A stretch of DNA of 61,840 nt, the filler included, from Stramenopiles sp. TOSAG23-3 (Eukaryota), in NCBI GenBank assembly GCA_900128585.1. It is 13 parts of 13 records of this genome, joined end to end, with 100 filler letters (N's around TTAATTAATTAA, not from the genome) between each part and the next. Parts side by side here need not be neighbours in the genome. Positions count along the whole stretch, not along the records: positions 19,124 to 23,795 come from LT643739.1; positions 23,896 to 28,564 come from LT643740.1; positions 28,665 to 33,321 come from LT643741.1; positions 33,422 to 38,078 come from LT643742.1; 9 more parts are not named here. One strand, written 5' to 3'. Below the pieces are notes generated by a model. The model was not told the DNA's origin and ran no database searches. It saw only the letters and a program-made list of their open reading frames with translations. Made by a program: the position numbers and the translations under genes. Position 1 is the first letter of the stretch, and every line of letters begins with the position of its first letter. Shown piece by piece: positions 23,104 to 33,602 of this stretch.

Positions 23104-23966
23104 ACAGCTCCACCCTCTTAAAAATTAGCAAAGGAAACACGTACGAACGAATGCACCCAAAAGAGGCAATGGTCTATTAGTTCATGTGTGGTTTTAAATG
23201 AAAGACTTTCTTCCAACACTCGTGTAGAATGAACTTCTTTTCAATTTATAAAGAGTTGTTCATGTGTCTTCATGGTATCATTTCTCAATTAAGTTCAATG
23301 AGCATGCATATTAGTAGTTGTTGGTTTAAGTTGTTTTTATATATATAAAAAAACGTTTTCTATATTTTATATATTATTTTGTTGTTATTTATATATAATA
23401 ATATATTTTTATTAATAAAAAAAAGGAGTTGTTTATTAATTACATTCATGATGTGTGATGATGTAATTTAAAAAAAGTATAAGTGAAAAAAACAACCGTT
23501 ATATTTATTAATACAAATTCTTTTATATAAAAAAAAAAGAAGGTAAGAAAAGTTTTAGAAAAGACGAAATTAGTGTGTAGTAGTATGCATAATTTCCAAT
23601 AATATATTATTTACCAAAAAGAAGCGGGATATTTTTTTATTTTTTTTATTAAAAAATTTCATTTTGTTTTTTATTATTATTATTAAATAAAACAAGAAAA
23701 TTGGCTGTTATTTAAGAAAAAACCAAAATATATAGTATGTTTTAAGACTCTCATTTTAAATCCAATACTTCAAATCCAACCCTAATCCTATCTCGNNNNN
23801 NNNNNNNNNNNNNNNNNNNNNNNNNNNNNNNNNNNNNNNTTAATTAATTAANNNNNNNNNNNNNNNNNNNNNNNNNNNNNNNNNNNNNNNNNNNNGCTTG
23901 ACCCCGCTTCGACCATCGCCTCCTTTGCTCCCTTTCCCTCAGCCGCAAGGTTTTCTCTCTCTTCGA

Positions 23967-24806
23967 TCAACTCGTCCAGTCCTTGATGAAAGAGTGCAGG
24001 GCTCTTGTGCCATGAATAATCTGGACCCCACTACCGCCCTCTTGGCCACTGTGCTTTGCAATCCACAGGGGCAACTCCCCCGAACGCGAGCTGATAATTT
24101 CTTCTACCCCCTCAGCCCCTAGCGCTTCAACATCTTTCATCGACCATGCCTTGGGGAGGAAAACTTCGCCCCCGACGGCCCTCAGGTTAGCCCGAAGGGC
24201 GGCCTTGTTGCCGATCCGTTGCGTCCCAAACCGATCTAAAACATTGATAGACTTCACGGATGCCGCCATTCGGCCGTCGTCGAAGAGAAACACGTCGGCG
24301 TCAAAAACGTAAACGTACGGCTCGAGTTCTCCGGATTCTGTAGATTCTGTGCACTCGACAAGCCCAAAGTCGTCCACCAAAATGTGCCGGATCAAATCGA
24401 ACTCAATGCTGTACTCGTTTCTTTTTGTCCGGGCTATTCGAAATAGCGAGCGGCCGTGGCTGGTCGTGCTGCCATTGCAAAACAGTGCATTGCCCAGGCG
24501 CTGGCCTATCGACGGCGCGCACACGGGCGACATGATATTCATTCTAGTGCAGAATTCACGCGCCGTCTGGAAGTAGTCGCTCCCATGCGTTGCATTGATG
24601 ACATGATAGGCCCCATCAACTATGACCGTGACCGGCACCGATGTCGTGATTGGTACCGAAACGGCGCCTCCTCCCACCTCTCCTGCAGACCATTGGCATC
24701 CATTCCCCAGCTGACATTCCCCATACCGCAGTAGCAAGTCATTGTCGGCCAACCCTATGCCTACTTGCCAAAACCAACACCACATTACGAAAACCCTCAT
24801 TCCCAT
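23967..24806 (-). CDS. Tubulin-tyrosine-ligase (TTL/ATP-grasp)-like protein with N-terminal signal-like peptide; 3' end cut off by an inverted-duplication junction
   Basis: IGNKAALRANL...FLPKAW...WIAKHSGQEGGSGVQII matches the N-terminal half of TTL domains. The stop lies inside the 79-bp segment copied from 28486-28564. Confidence 0.6.
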   Translation of the reverse strand: MGMRVFVMWCWFWQVGIGLADNDLLLRYGECQLGNGCQWSAGEVGGGAVSVPITTSVPVTVIVDGAYHVINATHGSDYFQTAREFCTRMNIMSPVCAPSIGQRLGNALFCNGSTTSHGRSLFRIARTKRNEYSIEFDLIRHILVDDFGLVECTESTESGELEPYVYVFDADVFLFDDGRMAASVKSINVLDRFGTQRIGNKAALRANLRAVGGEVFLPKAWSMKDVEALGAEGVEEIISSRSGELPLWIAKHSGQEGGSGVQIIHGTRALHSFIKDWTS

Positions 24807-25518
24807 TTCTGGCGCGGTACTAGTAGAAAATATACGAATATGTAACAGCGATAGAAAGGCAAACTATCGAATTCGAACAAAAAAATAAAGAACGTCGTAA
24901 AAAATTTACATTTACACTTTGTTTTCAGAACGAAATCATAGATGCGCATCCATAAACTGTCGTTAATTATATATATTTCCATTGTTAAAATTCAATGCCC
25001 CTGAATCAATCGAATTTCAATATATAGCCTAGCCTAAATCTACACATTTAATTTTAACTACTACTATTATAAATAGTCGTCTAATATCAGATATCATCAT
25101 ATAAATCAGGACAACTAAGTTCTTATTAATTTAAGAAAAAAAAAGACACCGCCGTAATAATAGTTATTAATATAATCACAGCAGGTATTATTATTAATTA
25201 GAGCTAAAAATATTATCCGTTTTTTTATTTTATAATATTTATTACACCCAACACAAATTCCATATTAATAGTATCTTCTCATCTTATTAATAATCACATC
25301 ATCATGTGTGTGTGTGAAAAAAATAAATAAATAATATATATCATCATATTTTTTTTATATAATTGTCTAATTTGAATGCACAGTTTGATATTTTGATGCA
25401 TTGAATAAAATGGAATGGAATTTTTCATATGATCGTCACCGTCATTTATTTTGTTGGTTTGGTTTTATAGATAAATATTCCCCCCCCCCCCCCTGTTTCT
25501 TCCGAGGAGAGGAGAACT

Positions 25519-28500
25519 ATGGCAAAGCGCCATGCTGCGATAATTGGAGATACGCTGTTGAATTTAGACCACAAATCCCTCTCGGTTTTGAAACGGGAGT
25601 TTGATAAGAAAACGAGGGAGAACGCGAGGGCCGACAGAGTGAGGAAGGGGTCCAAGGACAAGAACGTGTCGGGTCTGACCTGTGATGAATTTGTATCGAT
25701 CATTCTGCAGCAAACGTTTGCGAAGAAGTACAAAAAGGAAAGAATCGTTGCCGCCCTCATGTTCTTCTTCAAGCAAGTGGACATTGACAGCGATGGCTTC
25801 ATGACCTGGGCCGAGTTTGTAAACAACTGCATCGAGTCGTCGAACGCAAGCACGATGGACGAAAAGCGGCAAACGTCCAACTCGTTCAAGTACACAGAGA
25901 CGCAGATTAAGTACACAAAGGACAAGCTTATCCTTCGCGATAGTATGTACAAGACGTCGCAGGCAAAGTGGGTTGATGCAGTGCAGCGGGTATTTGTGCT
26001 TGAAGTAGGCAGTAACACGGTCGCAGTCCTGCACAAAGATTTGACCATAGACTACATAATAGAGGTCTTGCACCCGGATGCGTACACAGAGAAGGATGCG
26101 CGGGAAAGGCACGACAGAGCGTTGCGAAACGAAAGCCAGGAGGCTGGACAACCTCCGAGGCAAATACTGGCGTTCGAAGTGCTACAGATCCACGACCAAG
26201 GCTCGAGGCCGAACCTCTCCTTTATCACCGCGGGCACCCATCCAAAGGCAGCCACGACCTACATTGCGCTCGCAACGCAAACGGGCACGATCGCATTTTT
26301 TGATATTACCCGTGCATCGAAATCCATGGGGCAGAATAGAGTAGACCCGGTGTACGCCAAGGAGTTGGAGCTGTCCTTCGTTGCGGTCTCCTTAGCGTTT
26401 GTAAAGATTTCCTCTGCCCTGATTGCTGTCCCCCAAAGCATCGATTCGATGCACACACCCCATGGCATTTTTGTGCATCTGAAACAGAAAGCTCTCATTT
26501 TTGGGCGCAAATTTAAGATGAAGGGTCACAAGGGAAAGGTGACCACGCTCTTTCACCACGGTGGCCAGTTCCCAGTGGTCACGACATCCATGGATGGGAA
26601 AATATACTTTTGGTACTCGAACGAGCCGAAAAAGGTCTCGTTCTATAGAAAATGTCACAAACGAGGAATATTGACGGCCACCCCGTGCAATAATTCTACC
26701 TTTGCTACTGCCGGGTTCGAGGGCGTCATACAAATCTGGAACTATTTGGCCACCAGCAAAACCCCTCTATTTGTGCTGCAAGGTGGGCACCAAAAGCATT
26801 TGATTTGCAAGCTGTGCTCCCCGTCAAACAACAACTTGCTCTCTGTCGATGATGGGGGCACCTTTGTCCGCTGGAACCTTTCCGAGAAGCTCGTGGTGTC
26901 CCCTATCATGCAAACGTTTCGCTCGACGGCAAAAATTAGGGAACAGGTGGAGGCCATCGCGCCCCTGGCGTTGGATCAGAGCGCCTTCGGGGCCGAGGGG
27001 CAACACCCCAACTTAGAAGAAGGGTTGGCCCTTCCTTTCATGGTTGTCACCGACCGACGGCTTCGCGTCTTTAACCCCGCGCCGAGTTGGAAGCGCGACA
27101 TATGCCGCCCCACGGCAATTGTGTACAACCCTTCGTTTAGTGAATTCGTCATGGCCGCCGATTTTGGACTCCTGGTGGTCTGCGCAGAGACGGGGAAATT
27201 GAACAGGGACTTCAATTACAAGACCATCAAAAAGCCCATTTGCAACCTCTCGTTCGACTCAGCCTTCCACCGCCTTGTCATAGCGGACCAGTCGGGAACA
27301 ATAACCATCGTGAACTACTTAAATGGTGTGGTTCAGCGAACGAACGCAAAGTGCCATCGCCAGAACAACATCAGTGCGTTGAAGTACGTCAACGAGGACA
27401 AGCTCATCATTACATCGTCCTGGGACCGTAGCATATGCATTTGGGAGGACGGAAAGTCCTCGGCCCAGACGATCGGGCTTGTTCGAAAACTAGAAAACAC
27501 GGACAAGAACGATATCACCTGCCTCTCCTTTTCGTACCACCTGTCTATCCTCGCATGCGGTACTGCGGGCGGCGACATCATCGTGCTCGATTACCAAACG
27601 CTGACCAGGAAAACCGTATTCGATTTTTCCCTGCAGTCCGACACGGAAAAGTGCGAAATAACGAGTGTCGGGATTCTTGCGCCGTATCCCATCGTTGTTT
27701 CAACGGATAGTGTGGGAAACGTGAACATTTGGAACATGGAAAGCCGCAGGAGTAACTCAAAGGAGGCGCTTGTGACTTCGTTCCCGCATACACCGATTGC
27801 TGGCGTACAGGCCTCCGTGATCTCTTCCACGATTTTACACATACCGGCAACCACGGACTCTAGAAACAAAATGCTCCTCTTTGCCGGCGACGAGTTCGGC
27901 TGCACGTCGTGTTGGGACCTTAAGCCCGTGCTGGAGTACGACGGGGTTGCACCGGTGCGGGAGAGCCCAAGTATGTTGGAAAATTTTAACCCTCGCCGAC
28001 GCCTATTTCAGGGGGGGGGCAAAGAAGAAGCGAAAAGCTCGTAAGGGAAAGGATGATATTAAGAAAAACGTGCACTTGTTCAATGGAAAAACAAGCAAGG
28101 GCAAGGAGAGGCGAATTCGTCGAACGAACAGCATGCCCGTTAAACTACCAGGAGCAAAATCGAGTTCCAGGCGGCGCCTGACCACGCTGATTTCCGAAAA
28201 GCGGAACAACTACCACAACCGGCCCAGGAGGCCCATCACGTGGACTGGTCACCGAACGCCGGTCGTGCTGCTGGAACCCGTCTATGAACCGAACAGCCCT
28301 TACCCATTCGCGGTGGTGTCCGCCGCATTGGACGGTAGCCATAGGCTTTGGAGCCATGCGGGGAAAGCCATCGGATCGCTCCCGTTTACAAATCGAGACA
28401 TGAGCGAAAACACGGCTACCTGGGGGTACCCGATAGACCGCAAGAAACAGTATGAAGAGGAGATGAAGGACGCCGCGGGAGTGATCGAGTTGATCGAAGA

Positions 28501-28564
28501 GAGAGAAAACCTTGCGGCTGAGGGAAAGGGAGCAAAGGAGGCGATGGTCGAAGCGGGGTCAAGC
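25519..28564 (+). CDS. EF-hand plus WD40 repeat protein (WDR49/EFCAB8-like), +1 frameshift at the G-run 28011-28019, 3' partial
   Basis: FKQVDIDSDGFMTWAEF is an EF-hand. Multiple WD repeats (TTSMDGKIYFW, TSSWDRSICIW). A further WD repeat (WTGH...SAALDGSHRLW) continues in the +1 frame. Confidence 0.75.
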
Positions 28565-29230
28565 NNNNNNNNNNNNNNNNNNNNNNNNNNNNNNNNNNNN
28601 NNNNNNNNTTAATTAATTAANNNNNNNNNNNNNNNNNNNNNNNNNNNNNNNNNNNNNNNNNNNNATAATAAAGCCATTGTAGATATAGGGATTTAGATGA
28701 TTTATTAGAAATTATATTAATTATAACTAAATAGAATGAAAAATGTGATAAAGTATTCTTAATGTATATACACATAGCATAGATAATAAGTTATAGATAT
28801 ATATCCTTAAGTTTAGGTGGATTCTTTTGTCACAAGAAAGGAAAGAAAGAAAGAAGAAAGAAAGAAAGAAGAAAGAAAGAAGAAGAAAGAAAGAAAGAAG
28901 AAGAAGAAAAAGTTTTCAAAGAAGAAGAAACAAAAAAGAAGAAGAAGAAGAAGAAAAAGGCAAACTCCACACCACTGTACAATAATATAATATTGGTATA
29001 TCAAAAAAACAGGTAGGAAGGAATTGTAGTACACAAAAAAAGATTTCCATTTCCATTTCCATTTCCTCCCTCCCCTTCCCTCCCCCCCCACTTTTTTTTT
29101 TCTTCTTCTTCTTCTTCATATATTTTCTTTCATAGTGAAGCGTGCAATTTTCTGGACCTATTTTTTTTTATTTTGTTTGATTCCTTCGTTCGTTCGTGGG
29201 AATAATAGTAAAGAGACGAACACAGCAAAC

Positions 29231-31627
29231 ATGTCAGCCCCGGGTGCTTTGTTCTACTATGACGAGCAGGCCACGGCACTGCGTGCACGGCTGCTCCGGC
29301 TTGGGGGGAAAAAGGCGCTGTTTTCGACGGTGAAAAAGTTCCAGCCCCCGAAACAAAAGGGCAAGGAGAACGGGAAGGGAAAGGCTGCCGCGCAGTCTAA
29401 GAAGAAGGGGGGTGCGCCCGCCGCTGCCCCCGCCGCCGTCAAGCCGTCGAAAGGGGAGGCACAGATATTTCCAGTAAAGAAGGCCTCCGGCACGTCTGCG
29501 TTCACGGGCAAGCAGTTGGATTTCAAGAAGTTTTACCTCTCCACGGCGATCAACTACGCCAACGGCGCCCCCCACCTTGGCCACGCGTACGAGGCCATCA
29601 CGAGCGACATCATCTCGCGGTACCACCGCGTGGTCGGACGGGACGTGTTCTTTCTGACGGGGGCGGACGAGCACGGCCAGAAGGTTGCGACGAACGCTGC
29701 GAAGTTGGGAAAGGCGCCGATCGAGGTGTGCGACATGTACGTGGATGGGTTCAAAAAACTGAACGCTCGGTGCAACATTAGCAACGACGGGTACGTTCGC
29801 ACCACGTCGGAGCGGCACAAGCTGAACGCGACGAAGCTGTGGCAGAAGTGCGAGGCGAACGGGGACATTTACTTGGACACGTACGAGGGGTGGTACAACA
29901 TCCGCGAAGAGAAGTTTGTGCCCGAGAACGAAGCGAAAATGAACGACTACAAGGATACGGACGGGAAGCCTTTGACAAAGGTCAAGGAGGAGTCCTACTT
30001 TTTCCGCATGGGAAAGTACCAGAAACAACTCATAGAGCACTACGAGAACAACCCGGAGTTCGTCCTGCCGCTGTCCCGGCGGAACGAAATGTTGGCGAGG
30101 TTGAAGAAGGACGAGCTGCGCGATTTGTCCGCCTCGAGGACGACGTTCGACTGGGGGGTCCCCATCCCCAACGACCCGAGCAAGAAGCACGTCATGTACG
30201 TTTGGTTCGACGCGCTGTCCAACTACTTGACCGGCGTCGACGCCCTGCTGGACGACGAGAGCGCCCTGAAAAGGTTCTGGCCGTGCAACTGCCACATCAT
30301 TGGAAAAGACATTCTGTGGTTCCACTCGGTGATCTGGCCCACGATGCTCATGTCGGCGGGCGTGGCGCTGCCCAAGACGATCTGCGCCCACGGCTTCGTC
30401 AACGCGGCGGACGGGAGGAAGATGAGCAAGAGCTGGAACAACGTCATCGACCCGCACGCCTGCCTGGATGTCGTGTCGCCGGACACCTTTCGGTACTACC
30501 TGATCCGCGAGACGCCGTACGGGTCGGACATGGCCTTCTCCGACAAGGCCATGAAGGTCCTCCACAACGCGGACTTGGCAGATTCCCTCGGAAACCTGTT
30601 CTCGCGGGCCGTGAACTTGTGCAAACGTTACTGCAACGGGGCAATCCCCTCCGTGGACTGCGAGGGTGCGTTCGACGTCGCCGCCACCATCCAGGGCGCA
30701 GAGAAGCACATGACGACATACCAGCTGAACAAGATGGCAGAGACGTACATATCCGCCGTGCACCTCGTCAACAAGTACTTGACCGACAGGGAGCCGTGGA
30801 AGATCAAGAACGACGACACGAAGCGCGCCCAGATCGTGCGGACCATCCTCGAGTCGTGCTACTACTTTGCCCACTTCTTCTTGCCCATGTGCCCGGAGGC
30901 GACGGGAAAAATGTTCAAGGCGATGAACGTGGAGCGGAGCAGCCTGCAGGAGATGTCCCTCGGGTTCGACAACCTGGCGCCTGGGACCACCATCGACGAC
31001 GCCGGGGTCCTCTTCCCAAAGTTTGTCACCGAAAAGGAGAACGCGGCGGCCATGGCCGCCGCCAAGAAGAAGAAGAAGGGCTCGGGGAACAAGGGCGGCA
31101 AAGCGAAGAAGGGAAAGCCGGCCGACCCGAACCAGAGCCTCTTTACACAGGTCGACATTCGCGTAGGCCAGATCACCAAGGTTTGGGAGCACGAGAACAG
31201 CGACAAGCTCTTCTGCGAGGAAATTGACATTGGCGAAGGCAAGCCGAGGCAGGTCGCCAGCGGCCTCCGCCAATACTACAAACTCGACGATTTGCAGGAT
31301 AGAAAAGTCCTCGTCGTGTGCAACCTGAAGAAGGCCCGGCTCGCAGGGTTTGACTCCGAGGGAATGGTCCTGTGCGGGTCAAAGGACGGGAAGACAGAGT
31401 TCGTGAACCCCCCTGCCGACGCAAAGGTGGGCGAGAACGTAACCATCGAGGGCTTGACGGGGGAGCCTGTCGGGTCCAACCAAATGAAGAAGCGAAAAAT
31501 TTGGGGCAAAGTGCAGCCAGACTTGAAAACCAACGGGGACAAGGTAGCGTGCTGGAAAGGCCAGGCCATCAAGACTTCGGCGGGCCCTTGCACCGTCGAC
31601 AGCGTCGTGGGTGCCGAGATCAAGTAA
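29231..31627 (+). CDS. MARS: Methionyl-tRNA synthetase with a C-terminal EMAPII-like tRNA-binding domain
   Basis: STAINYANGAPHLGHAYE (HIGH), GADEHGQK, YVWFDAL, IGKDILWFH and KMSKS. C-terminal DIRVGQI...RQVASGL...SEGMVLC is an OB fold. ATG at 29231. Confidence 0.97.
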   Translation: MSAPGALFYYDEQATALRARLLRLGGKKALFSTVKKFQPPKQKGKENGKGKAAAQSKKKGGAPAAAPAAVKPSKGEAQIFPVKKASGTSAFTGKQLDFKKFYLSTAINYANGAPHLGHAYEAITSDIISRYHRVVGRDVFFLTGADEHGQKVATNAAKLGKAPIEVCDMYVDGFKKLNARCNISNDGYVRTTSERHKLNATKLWQKCEANGDIYLDTYEGWYNIREEKFVPENEAKMNDYKDTDGKPLTKVKEESYFFRMGKYQKQLIEHYENNPEFVLPLSRRNEMLARLKKDELRDLSASRTTFDWGVPIPNDPSKKHVMYVWFDALSNYLTGVDALLDDESALKRFWPCNCHIIGKDILWFHSVIWPTMLMSAGVALPKTICAHGFVNAADGRKMSKSWNNVIDPHACLDVVSPDTFRYYLIRETPYGSDMAFSDKAMKVLHNADLADSLGNLFSRAVNLCKRYCNGAIPSVDCEGAFDVAATIQGAEKHMTTYQLNKMAETYISAVHLVNKYLTDREPWKIKNDDTKRAQIVRTILESCYYFAHFFLPMCPEATGKMFKAMNVERSSLQEMSLGFDNLAPGTTIDDAGVLFPKFVTEKENAAAMAAAKKKKKGSGNKGGKAKKGKPADPNQSLFTQVDIRVGQITKVWEHENSDKLFCEEIDIGEGKPRQVASGLRQYYKLDDLQDRKVLVVCNLKKARLAGFDSEGMVLCGSKDGKTEFVNPPADAKVGENVTIEGLTGEPVGSNQMKKRKIWGKVQPDLKTNGDKVACWKGQAIKTSAGPCTVDSVVGAEIK

Positions 31628-31716
31628 AAGGAGGTAAGTTTAAAAAGGTATAAGAATTTTTAAAAGAGTAAAATACACACACAATTTATTGTTTTGTGCG
31701 CGGGCACACCCCTCCC

Positions 31717-32661
31717 TCACTGCGCCGCAGCCGCAGCGCGCTCTTGGCGAAGGATAAGAAGGTAGTAGTTCCTGCTGGTCGCCCAGACCAAGACCGAGAG
31801 GCAGGCACGCAGGAAAAAGTCCATGCCAAACACAAGGGAATCCGCCTCCTCCTGCTTTGGATCCTCGGAGCCGGCGGAGGACGTATAGTGCACAGCAGCG
31901 AAGATGAGCGTTTCCGCGCTTGCCAAAAATATGCAGCAAAGGCAGCCCCGGTAGAACCTCCCTGCGGTGAGGGAGTGCGGCTCCCGGGAGGCCTTCAAGC
32001 CCATGATGCAAACGATGGCCCCAACAATGTGGAGGAGGCACCCCATCAAGAACATGGGCAAGAACAATTCCGGTTTGTCCTTAAATTCGCTGTACGCCAA
32101 CTGCTTGTCGAGTTTTTCCAGCCCAAAAATGTACGGCAGCTCGTCCAGCAAGACCAGGGTAAAGTAGAAGAGCCCAGTGATAGAAATCAGCCGCACACGG
32201 GCTTGCCAAAGGGGTGGGACGAACGGGTAGCGGCGCCCCCGTTGAAAGCTGGGGAGGGAGGCCTCGTCCCCAGTCGCGCCGACGTCGGCCCGAGCAGGCT
32301 CGCTGCTCCTCGCCTGCACGGCTTCGGCTTGCTCCTTGGAGAGCGGAAACAAATGTACAATGGTCTGGTCCTGGACGCTGTGGCTTGCCAGCGTCGCGCT
32401 GCCGTCGCTTAGTATTCTCCCCGCATGGACTAACCGTTGGCACGGGACGGTGAACTGGTTCTCTGACGCCTGCTCGATCAGCTCTTTCAGCTTCAGTACT
32501 GTGCACGATTCGGCGTCCCCAACGTCAACATTCAAGGTCTTGTCGTTGGGAAGTTTCACACGGACCACCAACGAGCTCTGACCGTCCGGGGACACCTCTG
32601 CTGCCCCCACCTCCCCGGAGGCTTCAATCTGGTCCAACTTTGAGTAACCGCTACTGGCCAT
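31717..32661 (-). CDS. Ubiquitin-like domain plus multi-pass membrane protein
   Basis: VRVKLPND...TVLKLKELI...QRLVHAGRILSDGSATLASHSVQDQTIVHL is a UBL domain, followed by about four hydrophobic helices. Likely ATG at 32661. Confidence 0.8.
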   Translation of the reverse strand: MASSGYSKLDQIEASGEVGAAEVSPDGQSSLVVRVKLPNDKTLNVDVGDAESCTVLKLKELIEQASENQFTVPCQRLVHAGRILSDGSATLASHSVQDQTIVHLFPLSKEQAEAVQARSSEPARADVGATGDEASLPSFQRGRRYPFVPPLWQARVRLISITGLFYFTLVLLDELPYIFGLEKLDKQLAYSEFKDKPELFLPMFLMGCLLHIVGAIVCIMGLKASREPHSLTAGRFYRGCLCCIFLASAETLIFAAVHYTSSAGSEDPKQEEADSLVFGMDFFLRACLSVLVWATSRNYYLLILRQERAAAAAQ

Positions 32662-33249
32662 ATGTGTGATTGTTCTGTCAAGGAAGTAATTGCGTCGTCG
32701 TTTGATACTCGAAACAAAACAAAACGATCGTGTCTTTCTACCAAGCCTAACAGCGCAAAAGAATAAAAAACAGAACATTCTCTACTACATATATATAACG
32801 CGACAAAGACAAAACAAATGCGAGTTGAATTGATTGAGACGTTTCTCTTCAATGAGAAGAAGAAGAAGAAGGAAAAAAGAAGAAGAAGAAAATGTTTTTA
32901 TAAAGAAATAAAAAAGGTTTAATTTCGGTGAATATATGAAATACACCCAAATATAAATATTCCACCCAATAAATAATTATATTAGAATACATATATTATG
33001 TAATTGTAATAATACGTATGATAGGGATGAAAGAAGAAAGAATTAAGAAGACTCGAATATTAATTTGTAGTTATATTATAAAATGCCTATATTTATTATA
33101 TGAATCAATTAAACGATTTATTAGAAATAATCTATTGTAATCTTATTTAGGATTTGCAATATTTGTAATATTTATATAGAATTAAAGACTATATTTATAT
33201 TGTACTTGAATATAATTATGTACTATATAATATATATTTTTTAAAGAAA

Positions 33250-33321
<72 letters not shown>

Positions 33322-33602
33322 NNNNNNNNNNNNNNNNNNNNNNNNNNNNNNNNNNNNNNNNNNNNTTAATTAATTAANNNNNNNNNNNNNNNNNNNNNNN
33401 NNNNNNNNNNNNNNNNNNNNNAACCCCCGAGAGTAAAAAATAAAATTTAACATACGAATAATATGTAATTCTTTAAGAATAAAAAATTGAAAATATTTTT
33501 ATAAAAGCGCTCGCCTTTCTCATTTAGTATTTGACAAAAAGGTCACCCCGGAGCAAACAAAGGTAAAGACACATAAAGTTTTTTAATATTTGCTGGCACT
33601 CT

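Noticed and set aside
23896-28564. Transposon with 79-bp TIRs carrying two genes
   Set aside because: The repeat is internal coding sequence of the WD40 gene, no transposase is present, and it truncates a gene, which fits a chimera or graph overlap.
29234-31273. 679-aa antisense ORF (and a 462-aa alternate-frame ORF) over MetRS
   Set aside because: Shadow ORFs expected from strong GC3 bias, with no recognisable motifs.
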